64,000 nt of DNA from a virus: IMG/VR virus record IMGVR_UViG_3300036770_003984, positions 32,001-96,000 of that record. The stretch is one strand, 5' to 3'. Shown here one piece after another: positions 55,336 to 64,000 of this stretch (within the stretch, counting starts at the first letter, position 1; each line of letters begins with the position of its first letter). Under the pieces are notes generated by a model. The model had not been told where the DNA came from. It saw only the letters and a program-made list of their open reading frames with translations, and searched no databases. The translations under genes and the position numbers were made by a program.

Positions 55336-55995
55336 ATGAGAATTATAATTACAGAAAGTCAAAAAAGAATGTTGTTATTCGAAATTGAAGAAAAACAATT
55401 GAATGATGAGATTGAAAATTCAATTGAGAATAACATTGACTTTACAAAAGAAATAGTAAAAGAAGCTGAAAAATTAGTAGAAGAGGGGAAGCTTCAAATT
55501 GGCCTTAATTTAAGATTTTTATTGACTTGGGGTGCTGGTGTTGGTGGGTTTATAAAACCAATATATGATTTTATTACTAATAATTTTTCTGATATAAGTG
55601 AAAAAGATAAAATCTTAATTATCATTGCAATAATGGCAACTTATTATTTTGATAATAAAGAAAAATTAATAAAAATAAAAGACGAAATTAGAAAGAGAGG
55701 GTTAAGTGAAATTATTCAAACTATCTTCACAAAAGCGGATGAATTAATAAAGGTATTTTCACAATTTTTACTTAGTTTAGGTAAAACTTTTCATAGTATT
55801 ACGAACTTATTAAGTTATGCCTTTTTGATACCAATTTTAGATAAATTAATAATTTTAATTAAAAATAGTACATTATCAACCAATGACTTGACTGAATCCC
55901 TAATGAGTTTATTAGGTTTCGGTACTTTAACCTTTGTAGGTATAGGTGTTAAAAATTTAATAGAAAATATGGTAAGAAGATTTAAGGGTAAATAA
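55336..55995 (+). CDS. Hypothetical, candidate head-associated protein
   Basis: MRIIITESQKRMLL N-terminus; hydrophobic helices. Confidence 0.7.
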   Translation: MRIIITESQKRMLLFEIEEKQLNDEIENSIENNIDFTKEIVKEAEKLVEEGKLQIGLNLRFLLTWGAGVGGFIKPIYDFITNNFSDISEKDKILIIIAIMATYYFDNKEKLIKIKDEIRKRGLSEIIQTIFTKADELIKVFSQFLLSLGKTFHSITNLLSYAFLIPILDKLIILIKNSTLSTNDLTESLMSLLGFGTLTFVGIGVKNLIENMVRRFKGK

Positions 55996-56049
55996 TTGAA
56001 TTTCTTAAATTATTAATTTATGTTTTGATTAAACAAATATAAATTACAT

Positions 56050-57075
56050 ATGCCTAAATTTGATTTTAAAGACATCACCTTAGTCCCAGAAACAATCACA
56101 AATATTGATTCAAGAAGTGAAATTAACATTTTAACCAAAAATTTAACCCTACCCATTATAGTCAGCCCAATGGATACTGTGGTAGATAATTCAAATTATA
56201 AAAAGTTTTTGGATAATAATTTAGAAGTTTGTTTACCAAGAGGTGAATATTCAAGTGATAATAATGTTTTTATTTCAATATCATTATCTGATTTTGAAAT
56301 TATGGTATTAAAACATAAAAAATTTGAAAAAGTACCAACATATCAAAAAATTCTTGTTGATATTGCAAATGGTCATATGTCAAAATTATATGACTTATGT
56401 AAATATTTCATTGAAAACATCAAAACTGACCACCAATTAATGATTGGTAATATTGCAAACCCAACAACATACGAAAAGTTTGCTGAACTTGGTGTTGATT
56501 ATATTCGTGTTGGTATTGGTGGTGGTTCAGGATGTCTAACATCAGCGAATACTGGTGTTCATTACCCTATGGCATCACTCATTTCAGAATGTCATCAAAT
56601 CAAAAAGAAACGAGGTTATAAAACCAATATTGTTGCTGATGGTGGATTTAGAAATTATGATGATATAATTAAAGCATTAGCCCTTGGTGCCGATTATATT
56701 ATGTTAGGCGGTGTGTTAAACAAATGTCTTGAATCTTGTTCGCCAATTTATTTCAATAAATGGATTAAATTAAATGATTCTACATCAAATTATATTTGGA
56801 ATAACTTACCATATCTTAGAAAATATATGTATAAAAAGTTTAGAGGTATGAGTACAAAAGAAGTACAAAAAAAATGGGGTAGAGATAAACTAATAACATC
56901 CGAAGGTATATCAAAATATAATAAAGTTGAATATAAATTGGATAAATGGCTTGAGAATCTACAAGATTATCTTAAATCAGCAATGTCATATACTAACTCA
57001 AGGAATTTAGAAGAATTTAAAGACACTGAATATATATTTATTACGGAGAATGCCTTAAAAAGGTATTATAAATAA
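56050..57075 (+). CDS. GMP reductase / IMPDH-family oxidoreductase
   Basis: SPMDTV, VDIANGH, GNIA, RVGIGGGSGCLT, ADGG, LALGADYIMLG, FRGMST, SAMSYT. Confidence 0.88.
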   Translation: MPKFDFKDITLVPETITNIDSRSEINILTKNLTLPIIVSPMDTVVDNSNYKKFLDNNLEVCLPRGEYSSDNNVFISISLSDFEIMVLKHKKFEKVPTYQKILVDIANGHMSKLYDLCKYFIENIKTDHQLMIGNIANPTTYEKFAELGVDYIRVGIGGGSGCLTSANTGVHYPMASLISECHQIKKKRGYKTNIVADGGFRNYDDIIKALALGADYIMLGGVLNKCLESCSPIYFNKWIKLNDSTSNYIWNNLPYLRKYMYKKFRGMSTKEVQKKWGRDKLITSEGISKYNKVEYKLDKWLENLQDYLKSAMSYTNSRNLEEFKDTEYIFITENALKRYYK

Positions 57076-57076
57076 T

Positions 57077-57907
57077 ATGAATAAGAAAACATTAATTAGA
57101 GTTGTTGAAAATGTAGATTATTTTAATGAATCCAATTCACCTCAAGAAATTTATCTAAATCTACGTAGTTATTCTGGTGAACTATTAAATATTTTAGATG
57201 TTATGACTGGTAAAGACGTAATGTTATTTTGTTTTTTAGCTTATGAACAAAGATTTTCAGTTGATTTATCTAAATTATATGACTTTATTAGTAATAACTA
57301 CTCTGAATTTACTATTGGAGAAATTTTAAATCTTAATCCAAACAAAGAATGTTATCAATGTGATGGTAATGGTAATGTAGGTTGTACACAATGTGGTTGG
57401 GATGGAGAAGTAGATTGTTCTGAATGTGGTGGTGATGGTAAAATGGAATGTAATGTCTGTGATGGTGATGGGGTTGATAGTGATGGTGATACTTGTTATG
57501 ATTGTGAAGGTGATGGAGAAGTAAAATGTAGTAATTGTTATGGACGAGGTAGTGAAACTTGTTCTGATTGTGGAGGTGATGGTGATTTAGAATGTGAAAT
57601 ATGTGATGGTAAGGGAGAGATTAAAGCTGTTAATGAAACTTTAGTTAAAATGACTAGATATCTATCTTATGATATTAATTTCACTAAAAAATTTGAAAAT
57701 ATGGAGGAAGATGAAGTTATTTCTCCAGAATTTTATAACCGATTGTTGAGTAGAAAAAAGTTTATAGTAATTAACGATTTTGATCATCTTTTTGAAGACT
57801 ATGAACACCCTAATTATAAAGAAATGAAAGAAGATGATGTATTTTTAGTTCACGAAAAGAATCAACCTGAATTGAAACATAGTTCTGGTAAAATTAGTGT
57901 ATGGTAA
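57077..57907 (+). CDS. Protein with 8 DnaJ-type CxxCxGxG zinc-finger repeats, no J domain
   Basis: CYQCDGNG through CEICDGKG. Confidence 0.8.
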   Translation: MNKKTLIRVVENVDYFNESNSPQEIYLNLRSYSGELLNILDVMTGKDVMLFCFLAYEQRFSVDLSKLYDFISNNYSEFTIGEILNLNPNKECYQCDGNGNVGCTQCGWDGEVDCSECGGDGKMECNVCDGDGVDSDGDTCYDCEGDGEVKCSNCYGRGSETCSDCGGDGDLECEICDGKGEIKAVNETLVKMTRYLSYDINFTKKFENMEEDEVISPEFYNRLLSRKKFIVINDFDHLFEDYEHPNYKEMKEDDVFLVHEKNQPELKHSSGKISVW

Positions 57908-58169
57908 TTTTGACTTTCAAAATACTATTTCCTTTAATAACACGATGATAAACACCCTCTGGAATAAAATATTTCTCCCCAACAATTAATTTGATGGGGA
58001 GTTCATTATCCATTTGTAAATACCAATTATCACTTTCTAAGATTTCAACAAGTCTATTTTCTCTATCTCTATGCCATTTTAATTCTTCATCATCAACATT
58101 TTCATCAAATGTTCTGATTCTAATGTCATCAATTATTTCTTGTTGAAAGGGTAAATTTTCCATTACCAA
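57894..58169 (-). CDS. Cupin-like protein
   Basis: WHRDRENR...W.LQMDNELP......YFIPEGVYHRVIKG. Confidence 0.7.
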   Translation of the reverse strand: MVMENLPFQQEIIDDIRIRTFDENVDDEELKWHRDRENRLVEILESDNWYLQMDNELPIKLIVGEKYFIPEGVYHRVIKGNSILKVKITIH

Positions 58170-58789
58170 CTTTTACTAGATTTTAATCCCAATTTTTTGG
58201 CATGCCTCCCAACATTGCAACTCCAGTACCCGGCCATTGTTCTGTCTTTCTTTTGGTCACAATTATGTCTCGCTCTAAATGATTTTGCAGCCTTTGGATT
58301 TCTATTTCTCACTTTAAGATTTGGATCCCCAAATGTTACTTTTTTAATTGTACCCTTTGGTGTTTTTACATATACTGCAAATTTCTTAGGACCTCCTGGT
58401 GTTCTAAATGGGGAATTTAATTTAACATTCTTTCCATGATGTTTTGCCTCAAATAAAAGTTCTTCAACTTCTTCTTCATACATTGGTGCATCCAACCAAA
58501 CCTCATCACCATTCTCTAATAATACCTTTTTACCCAAGTCAGATTCAACCAACCAAATATCATCTTCGTTTAATCTAATACTACCTTGATTGTATAAATT
58601 TCTTACTTCGTTAATTAATTTAAAATACTTGTCAGAATATATCCTAAAGATATTTTCATTCAACGATATTCTGTTCTCCAAATGATATTTTAAATCTTCA
58701 GATATTATACAAGGTTCGGTTAATGTCATTGGTGGGTTAAGAGATTCTCTCAAAACTTTTTTTATTAAGTTATCTAAACTATTGCTCAT
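58163..58789 (-). CDS. Hypothetical, candidate head-associated basic protein
   Basis: LIKKVLRES N-terminus; KFAVYVK...KKVTFGD...KSFRARHNC...YWSC. Confidence 0.7.
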   Translation of the reverse strand: MSNSLDNLIKKVLRESLNPPMTLTEPCIISEDLKYHLENRISLNENIFRIYSDKYFKLINEVRNLYNQGSIRLNEDDIWLVESDLGKKVLLENGDEVWLDAPMYEEEVEELLFEAKHHGKNVKLNSPFRTPGGPKKFAVYVKTPKGTIKKVTFGDPNLKVRNRNPKAAKSFRARHNCDQKKDRTMAGYWSCNVGRHAKKLGLKSSKSW

Positions 58790-58861
58790 AATTTGTTTTT
58801 TTAGATAAATATTCTTACTTTTATAATCATATATTAACTATCAAACAATTAAACAACTATT

Positions 58862-59050
58862 ATGAAATTTTATCAGTTTTTTCACACGATTATACAAATC
58901 TATATTCTTATTAAAGTTTCTTATCTACTTTTTATGACATCTTATAATCCTGAAGCCTACCCACTATCAATATTAAATTGGTGGATATATTTCCTAATTT
59001 TTGATATTTGGATGAATACTATTCTACCAAATGAAAAAAATAAAGATTAA
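58862..59050 (+). CDS. Small membrane protein
   Basis: Two hydrophobic segments. Confidence 0.55.
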   Translation: MKFYQFFHTIIQIYILIKVSYLLFMTSYNPEAYPLSILNWWIYFLIFDIWMNTILPNEKNKD

Positions 59051-59121
59051 AGACTGCCAAAAACCTCATTTATATATGGGGTTTTTTATTTTAATTTATA
59101 TTTATAAAGAAATATAAATTT

Positions 59122-60774
59122 ATGAAATTAATTATAAATGAAAATCAATTAAAAAAATTGGTTAACGTTATTAAAGAGGAAAATTCAGATGGAAAATTAA
59201 ATGTATTATTTGTTGGGGATAGTTTAAGTTCAGCACCAGGTTATACTTGGAATTATAAATTAGCTGATAAAAATTCTAATAAATGGAATAGTGCCCATTT
59301 AGTTAAAGGTGGGGTTAGGACTGGCTGGATGTTGGATGAATTAAGGTCAAAATTAAATCAAGGTAAAAAATATGATTTAGTTTTTATATATGGTGGTACT
59401 AATGATATGTTTTCATTAGTCACTAAAAATGAAGCAATATCAAATATAAATAAAATGGCGGATTTAGTTGCGGAACAAGGTGGTAAAACCATTGTATTTG
59501 CTGGTTATGACGCTGAAAAAGTAATGTCTGAAAAATCGCATTCAAACGGAGGGAATTTAATGAAAACAAGGTATTGTAGTGAAGAATGTATGTTAAAGAG
59601 TAGAAAAAAAATGATTGAATTTCAAGACGCTCTTCCAAGTGAAATTTCAGGTGAAAATGTAATGGTAATACCAAAAATGCCTGGTGGTAATCCATCTTGG
59701 GCTGGTGATGGTACACACGTTGGACCTAGTGTACATAATGATATGGCTAATTATGTTAATGATAGGATTTCAGGTAAAGTAACTATAAAAGATAAAACTA
59801 AAAAAAAGGATTGGGATTGGGATTTTGGCTTTAACTTTTTAGGCGGGTTAAAAAAATATTTATCTAAATATTTGTCATCAACTTTCGGTTCTTTATTTGG
59901 TGAAAAAAAATTAACAAACAAATTTGTTTCAGATTTGGAAAAAATCACAGAACATAATATTAATAGTAATAGAATTATAAGTGAAAATAAAATTTTAGAG
60001 ATAGGTGATGTTAACGAAAAAGTTGCACTCTTCCAACTAGCGTTACAATTACTAGGATATTCCTTAAACAAATGGGGTGTTGATGGTATATTTGGTCCAG
60101 AAACAAAAAAAGCGGTTAAAGATTTTCAAAGAGATAACAATTTAGAAGAAACTGGTAAAATCACAACAAAGATTAAAAATAAAATTATTAGTATGATAAA
60201 AAATACAATAACTGATGAAGATTTTACTAAAATAAATTTCACAAAAACAGAAAGTTTACCAGCCTCCAATGCTAAAATAAGTGGGAATTCTTTTTCAAAA
60301 GTAACTGGATCTTCTAGTATTGTAGACAAATTTAAAAATGTATTGAAACAAAACAATCTTGATTATTCTAATTTTGTAAACGAATTAAATAACATTGGTC
60401 TAAATCCAAACATTGCAATTAAACAACTTTATGCTGAATCAGGATTCAGGTCAGATGTAATTAGTTGTAAAACAAAATCAAGTGCGGGGGCAGAAGGTAT
60501 TGCTCAATTTATACCATCAACTTGGGATTATTATGGGGCTGGTGGAAGTCCTTGTAATGTTAAAGACTCATTAAAAGCTTATGTTAAATTAATGAAAGAT
60601 TTAATCAAAATGTTTCCAAATAGAATTGATTTGGCTATTGCTGGTTATAATAGTGGCCCTTATTTATCAATTTATAAAAAAGCATTAAATAATGATTTAA
60701 GTTTTGACGATATAAAATATGATATACCTAGTGAAACTAGAGGTTATGTTGAAAAAATATTATTCTCAAATTAA
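59122..60774 (+). CDS. SGNH hydrolase + peptidoglycan-binding + SLT lytic transglycosylase fusion
   Basis: VGDSL/GGTND/DGTH; LQLLGY...VDGIFGPETKKAVKDFQ; YAESGF, GIAQF, AGYNSG, ETRGYV. Confidence 0.85.
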   Translation: MKLIINENQLKKLVNVIKEENSDGKLNVLFVGDSLSSAPGYTWNYKLADKNSNKWNSAHLVKGGVRTGWMLDELRSKLNQGKKYDLVFIYGGTNDMFSLVTKNEAISNINKMADLVAEQGGKTIVFAGYDAEKVMSEKSHSNGGNLMKTRYCSEECMLKSRKKMIEFQDALPSEISGENVMVIPKMPGGNPSWAGDGTHVGPSVHNDMANYVNDRISGKVTIKDKTKKKDWDWDFGFNFLGGLKKYLSKYLSSTFGSLFGEKKLTNKFVSDLEKITEHNINSNRIISENKILEIGDVNEKVALFQLALQLLGYSLNKWGVDGIFGPETKKAVKDFQRDNNLEETGKITTKIKNKIISMIKNTITDEDFTKINFTKTESLPASNAKISGNSFSKVTGSSSIVDKFKNVLKQNNLDYSNFVNELNNIGLNPNIAIKQLYAESGFRSDVISCKTKSSAGAEGIAQFIPSTWDYYGAGGSPCNVKDSLKAYVKLMKDLIKMFPNRIDLAIAGYNSGPYLSIYKKALNNDLSFDDIKYDIPSETRGYVEKILFSN

Positions 60775-60821
60775 ACATTATTAAATTTTTAAACCCTTGA
60801 TATATTTATAAAGAAAAACTT

Positions 60822-61367
60822 ATGAGAAAATATACTATAAATGAATTTAACATTAGAAATTCACTTAAAAAAAATTTATTAAAAGAAATTGAGTCACCTA
60901 AAAAAGATATAAAAAAAGATGGTGAGATTGAGGAAAAACCTAGATGTGTTGCTGGAAATATGATTCCGTTGGATGAAATTGTTGGTTCTGCAGATGAATA
61001 TGAAGATTATGCAACTGGAGTTAATAAAAGAAAATTAGGTGTAAATTCAATGGTTGATACTTTGGGTATTCTTAATAATATAAGACTATTCAAAGATATT
61101 AAAGATGGAGGTTCACATTTGGCATATAAACTTATGCACCATCTTAATAAATTTAGAAATAAAAATTATTTTGACGAAGCTTCAAATGAATGTAAAAAAG
61201 CTATGAACAAAATAACAGAACTTTATAAAGAAAATGAACACGGAACTGAGCTTGTTAAAGACATTGAAAGAGTTTTAAATCTTCAAACAAAAGATGATGA
61301 ATATACACCATCACCAAGAGCAAAAGAATATTTAAAAAGATGTGTTGAACTTGCAAAAGGTAAATAA
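60822..61367 (+). CDS. Hypothetical, candidate head-associated protein
   Basis: INE/LLKE N-terminal sites; TATTTATA motif upstream. Confidence 0.7.
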   Translation: MRKYTINEFNIRNSLKKNLLKEIESPKKDIKKDGEIEEKPRCVAGNMIPLDEIVGSADEYEDYATGVNKRKLGVNSMVDTLGILNNIRLFKDIKDGGSHLAYKLMHHLNKFRNKNYFDEASNECKKAMNKITELYKENEHGTELVKDIERVLNLQTKDDEYTPSPRAKEYLKRCVELAKGK

Positions 61368-61486
61368 TCTAACCTCTTAGGAGGACTTTTAGGACCGTTA
61401 CTAGTTATGGTAACAAAAAAAGGAGAAATTCGCTACTTCTCCTTTTCTTTTTTTTAAAATTAATATATTTATAAATAAAAAAAAAT

Positions 61487-62941
61487 ATGAAGAATAATTT
61501 AAACGAAGAATTAAATAGATTAAAATTCCTATTGGGTTATAAACCCGGACAACTTATGACCGAAAGTCAAGTCAAAGAAACTTATTTAAGTGAACAAAGT
61601 AGAGGATTCAGACGAACTCCTGAACCTACAAATACTCCACAACAACCATTTGACCGACAAGCTGATCTTGACGCATATGAAAGAACACGAGAAGCTCCAC
61701 CTTCAATTACTACTAGAATAAACACAAACCAAGGTGTTCAAAACTTTGAAGTTGATTTTTCTAATTATCCTCAAGACAATACAATAACTACGAAACAAGT
61801 AAGATTTTTTGATAAAATTGGATATCTTAAAATTGATTCAAATATTGTAAGATTTAAACCACCAAAAGAAACAAAAACTATAATTCCTGGTTACACTAAA
61901 GAAAAAACAATTATACCAAAATTTGAATACACAACAATTCAAGGTCAATCATTTAGGGATAATTTTATAGGTATTGATAAAAACGTTACCAATTCTTTAA
62001 TACAAAATGCTAGAGAATTAAATAAAACATTCAGAGAAATTTACCAACTAAAACCAACCGAAGCTTTAGAAAATATTAAAAAATTTCTTAACAGAGGATT
62101 TGAATTAGAAGGTCATGCTGATGGTAATATACCTTCGGCAACAAGATTAAATCAAACAGACCACGCTAATTTTGGAAATGGTCAATTATATGGTGGAAAT
62201 ACAACTCCTAATTCTAAAAATACTTGGTTAGCTGAACAAAGAGCTCGTAATGCTTATAATATCTTTATGAAAGAATTGTCAAGATTATTAAAAACCACAT
62301 TTTATGATAATTCTGAAATAATTGAACTTATTACAAATATTTTAACAATAGGTGGTGGATATACGACATTAAACGTAGTTGATCACTTAAATCAAAATGG
62401 GACTAGGAATTCAAGAGAAATTGGTCCAGAATATAAAAGATTTGAGTTTAAACCAACATTTAAAACAAATATACCAATTCCTATATCAACATTTGTTCCA
62501 CCTACAGAAAAAATTGAAGTAGAAAAAGGCGATGAAGTCGGTAACGTTTCAATATATTTATATGAATATAATCAAGATATTCTTATTCCTGGTATGGTAT
62601 ATTTTGACAACAATCTTTTTAGTCAAAATGATAAATGGGTTGGTGTTACTAAGGATGTTTTAGAAAAATATAAAATTCCAATACTTAGTGATGGTAAGTT
62701 AAATGGTAGTCCTACACATAGAGCTATGATTGATGAAAATATGCGAGCGACAATAGGTGATTTACAATTTGGTACATTTGATAGAAAAAGAGTGAGTGAC
62801 GCTACAAATTTAGCACAAGCTGCAGGCCCTTTAATTCATAATACAACAATAAATAGTGCTAGAAAGGTAATCGAAGGTGTAACATATTACAAGGTATCTT
62901 ATGCTAATTTAATAATTAGTACTATGCCACCTAAAAAGTAG
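61487..62941 (+). CDS. Protein with OmpA-like peptidoglycan-binding motif
   Basis: LEGHADG...NTWLAEQRA; N-terminus MKNNLNEELNRLKFLLGY. Confidence 0.6.
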   Translation: MKNNLNEELNRLKFLLGYKPGQLMTESQVKETYLSEQSRGFRRTPEPTNTPQQPFDRQADLDAYERTREAPPSITTRINTNQGVQNFEVDFSNYPQDNTITTKQVRFFDKIGYLKIDSNIVRFKPPKETKTIIPGYTKEKTIIPKFEYTTIQGQSFRDNFIGIDKNVTNSLIQNARELNKTFREIYQLKPTEALENIKKFLNRGFELEGHADGNIPSATRLNQTDHANFGNGQLYGGNTTPNSKNTWLAEQRARNAYNIFMKELSRLLKTTFYDNSEIIELITNILTIGGGYTTLNVVDHLNQNGTRNSREIGPEYKRFEFKPTFKTNIPIPISTFVPPTEKIEVEKGDEVGNVSIYLYEYNQDILIPGMVYFDNNLFSQNDKWVGVTKDVLEKYKIPILSDGKLNGSPTHRAMIDENMRATIGDLQFGTFDRKRVSDATNLAQAAGPLIHNTTINSARKVIEGVTYYKVSYANLIISTMPPKK

Positions 62942-62978
62942 TAGATAAATATTTAATAAAGAATAACTACAATTGTAG

Positions 62979-63701
62979 TTATTCTTTATTATAAAAAACT
63001 GAACCACTCCATATTGTAAATGAGTTTTTAGTACTTGTTACTTCAATTTTCCAAAAACAAACCATATTGTTTTTTGATGCCATCTCAATTCCAAATCTAT
63101 GCCATACTGATAATATCATAAAGTTAGTATAAATTTCATCAACAATTTTTTCATAAGTAATTAAATCAGAATATAAAGTATTTAAGTCATTTATATGTGT
63201 ATATTTACTAGTATTTACATCATATGTAAAATATAATCTACCATCATTCACTTTTTCAGTCTTAATCATATTTAAATTTCCAAACTTATCGTATTCTTTA
63301 ATATACCATTGTTTTTTTGTTGTGTCTCTAATTGTAAATATTTCAGTAAACTTTGTCGCAACTTCAATACTTAACCCATCAACCCTTTTTTTATTAAAAA
63401 ATTCAATTCTATCTCTTGGAGTAACCAATAGAACGTTTCTAAATGGTTTTTTATTATCGTGATTAACTTCATCTTCATTTTTAAAATGACTCAATTGATA
63501 CTCAATTGCTTTATATGCTATTGAATCTTTTTTTAATGGATGATGTTCTTCAGATATTTTTACTAATTCAGAATTGAATTTTTCGTGTAACAAATTTTCA
63601 GCAAAAACATAATCAAAATTTTTAAAATCAACAATGTCCTTTGGAGATTTTTGAGCTGTCAAATTCAGACTCAACAAAACAAAAATTATTAAGTTTCTCA
63701 T
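62979..63701 (-). CDS. Secreted protein, possibly CAP-domain-like
   Basis: Signal peptide; HDN..PRDRI and WH pattern. Confidence 0.5.
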   Translation of the reverse strand: MRNLIIFVLLSLNLTAQKSPKDIVDFKNFDYVFAENLLHEKFNSELVKISEEHHPLKKDSIAYKAIEYQLSHFKNEDEVNHDNKKPFRNVLLVTPRDRIEFFNKKRVDGLSIEVATKFTEIFTIRDTTKKQWYIKEYDKFGNLNMIKTEKVNDGRLYFTYDVNTSKYTHINDLNTLYSDLITYEKIVDEIYTNFMILSVWHRFGIEMASKNNMVCFWKIEVTSTKNSFTIWSGSVFYNKE

Positions 63702-63813
63702 AGTCGTAAAATTTAAAATGGTGATTAAATGTTATAATAATATAACGAACTAACTTACTATAAAGTTCACTGAAGGACATTTTTTTTTCATTATATTTAT
63801 AAATAAAACTATT

Positions 63814-64000
63814 ATGAAAAAGAAACTATTTTTTGGCTGGGAAAATACCAAATGGTTTATAAGAGAAATTGGTAAAATTTATTCTTCTAAAAACTCAATA
63901 TTTTCCAAAAAAAGAATTGAATCTGGTATTGCTTTTATCGTTGCACAATGGGGTATGATTTTCTTCCTACTTGAAAAACACTCAACATTAACTATGACTG
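63814..64000 (+). CDS. Hypothetical membrane protein, 3'-truncated
   Basis: MKKKLFFGW...SKKRIESGIAFIVAQWG, open to the window end. Confidence 0.6.
   Translation, partial: MKKKLFFGWENTKWFIREIGKIYSSKNSIFSKKRIESGIAFIVAQWGMIFFLLEKHSTLTMT

Overview
A 64 kb, very AT-rich segment of a T4-like jumbo/huge phage. The host is almost certainly Bacteroidota (probably Flavobacteriales): TAnnTTTG promoters, a T9SS C-terminal sorting domain and a Bacteroidota-type bS21 all point that way. Genes read in the standard genetic code. From 1-19 kb is the head module (major capsid, scaffold, prohead protease, portal, large terminase, candidate internal head proteins) with a ribosomal protein bS21 gene on the opposite strand. 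From 19-33 kb are an N-domain-less ClpC with a divergent UVR-domain partner, a peptidase, a tmRNA with a long tag, an RNA ligase, a DenV-like glycosylase and an HD (ppGpp hydrolase-like) protein. From 33.5-52 kb is a minus-strand RNA island hand-decoded as 22 recognisable tRNAs plus two topologically rearranged Ile-anticodon RNAs; together these 24 cover all 20 amino acids. The island also holds at least 9 tRNA-scaffold RNAs whose anticodon arm is replaced by variable structured inserts, several other structured non-coding blocks, two leader-peptide/terminator attenuator candidates, two HNH genes, and a TROVE/Ro60-like (DUF2828) gene followed by three Y-RNA-like elements. From 52-64 kb are an HNH, a GMP reductase/IMPDH-family enzyme, a DnaJ-type zinc-finger protein and an SGNH-esterase/lytic-transglycosylase fusion. 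The most novel signal is the RNA island. All RNA structures were paired by eye and no searches were run.
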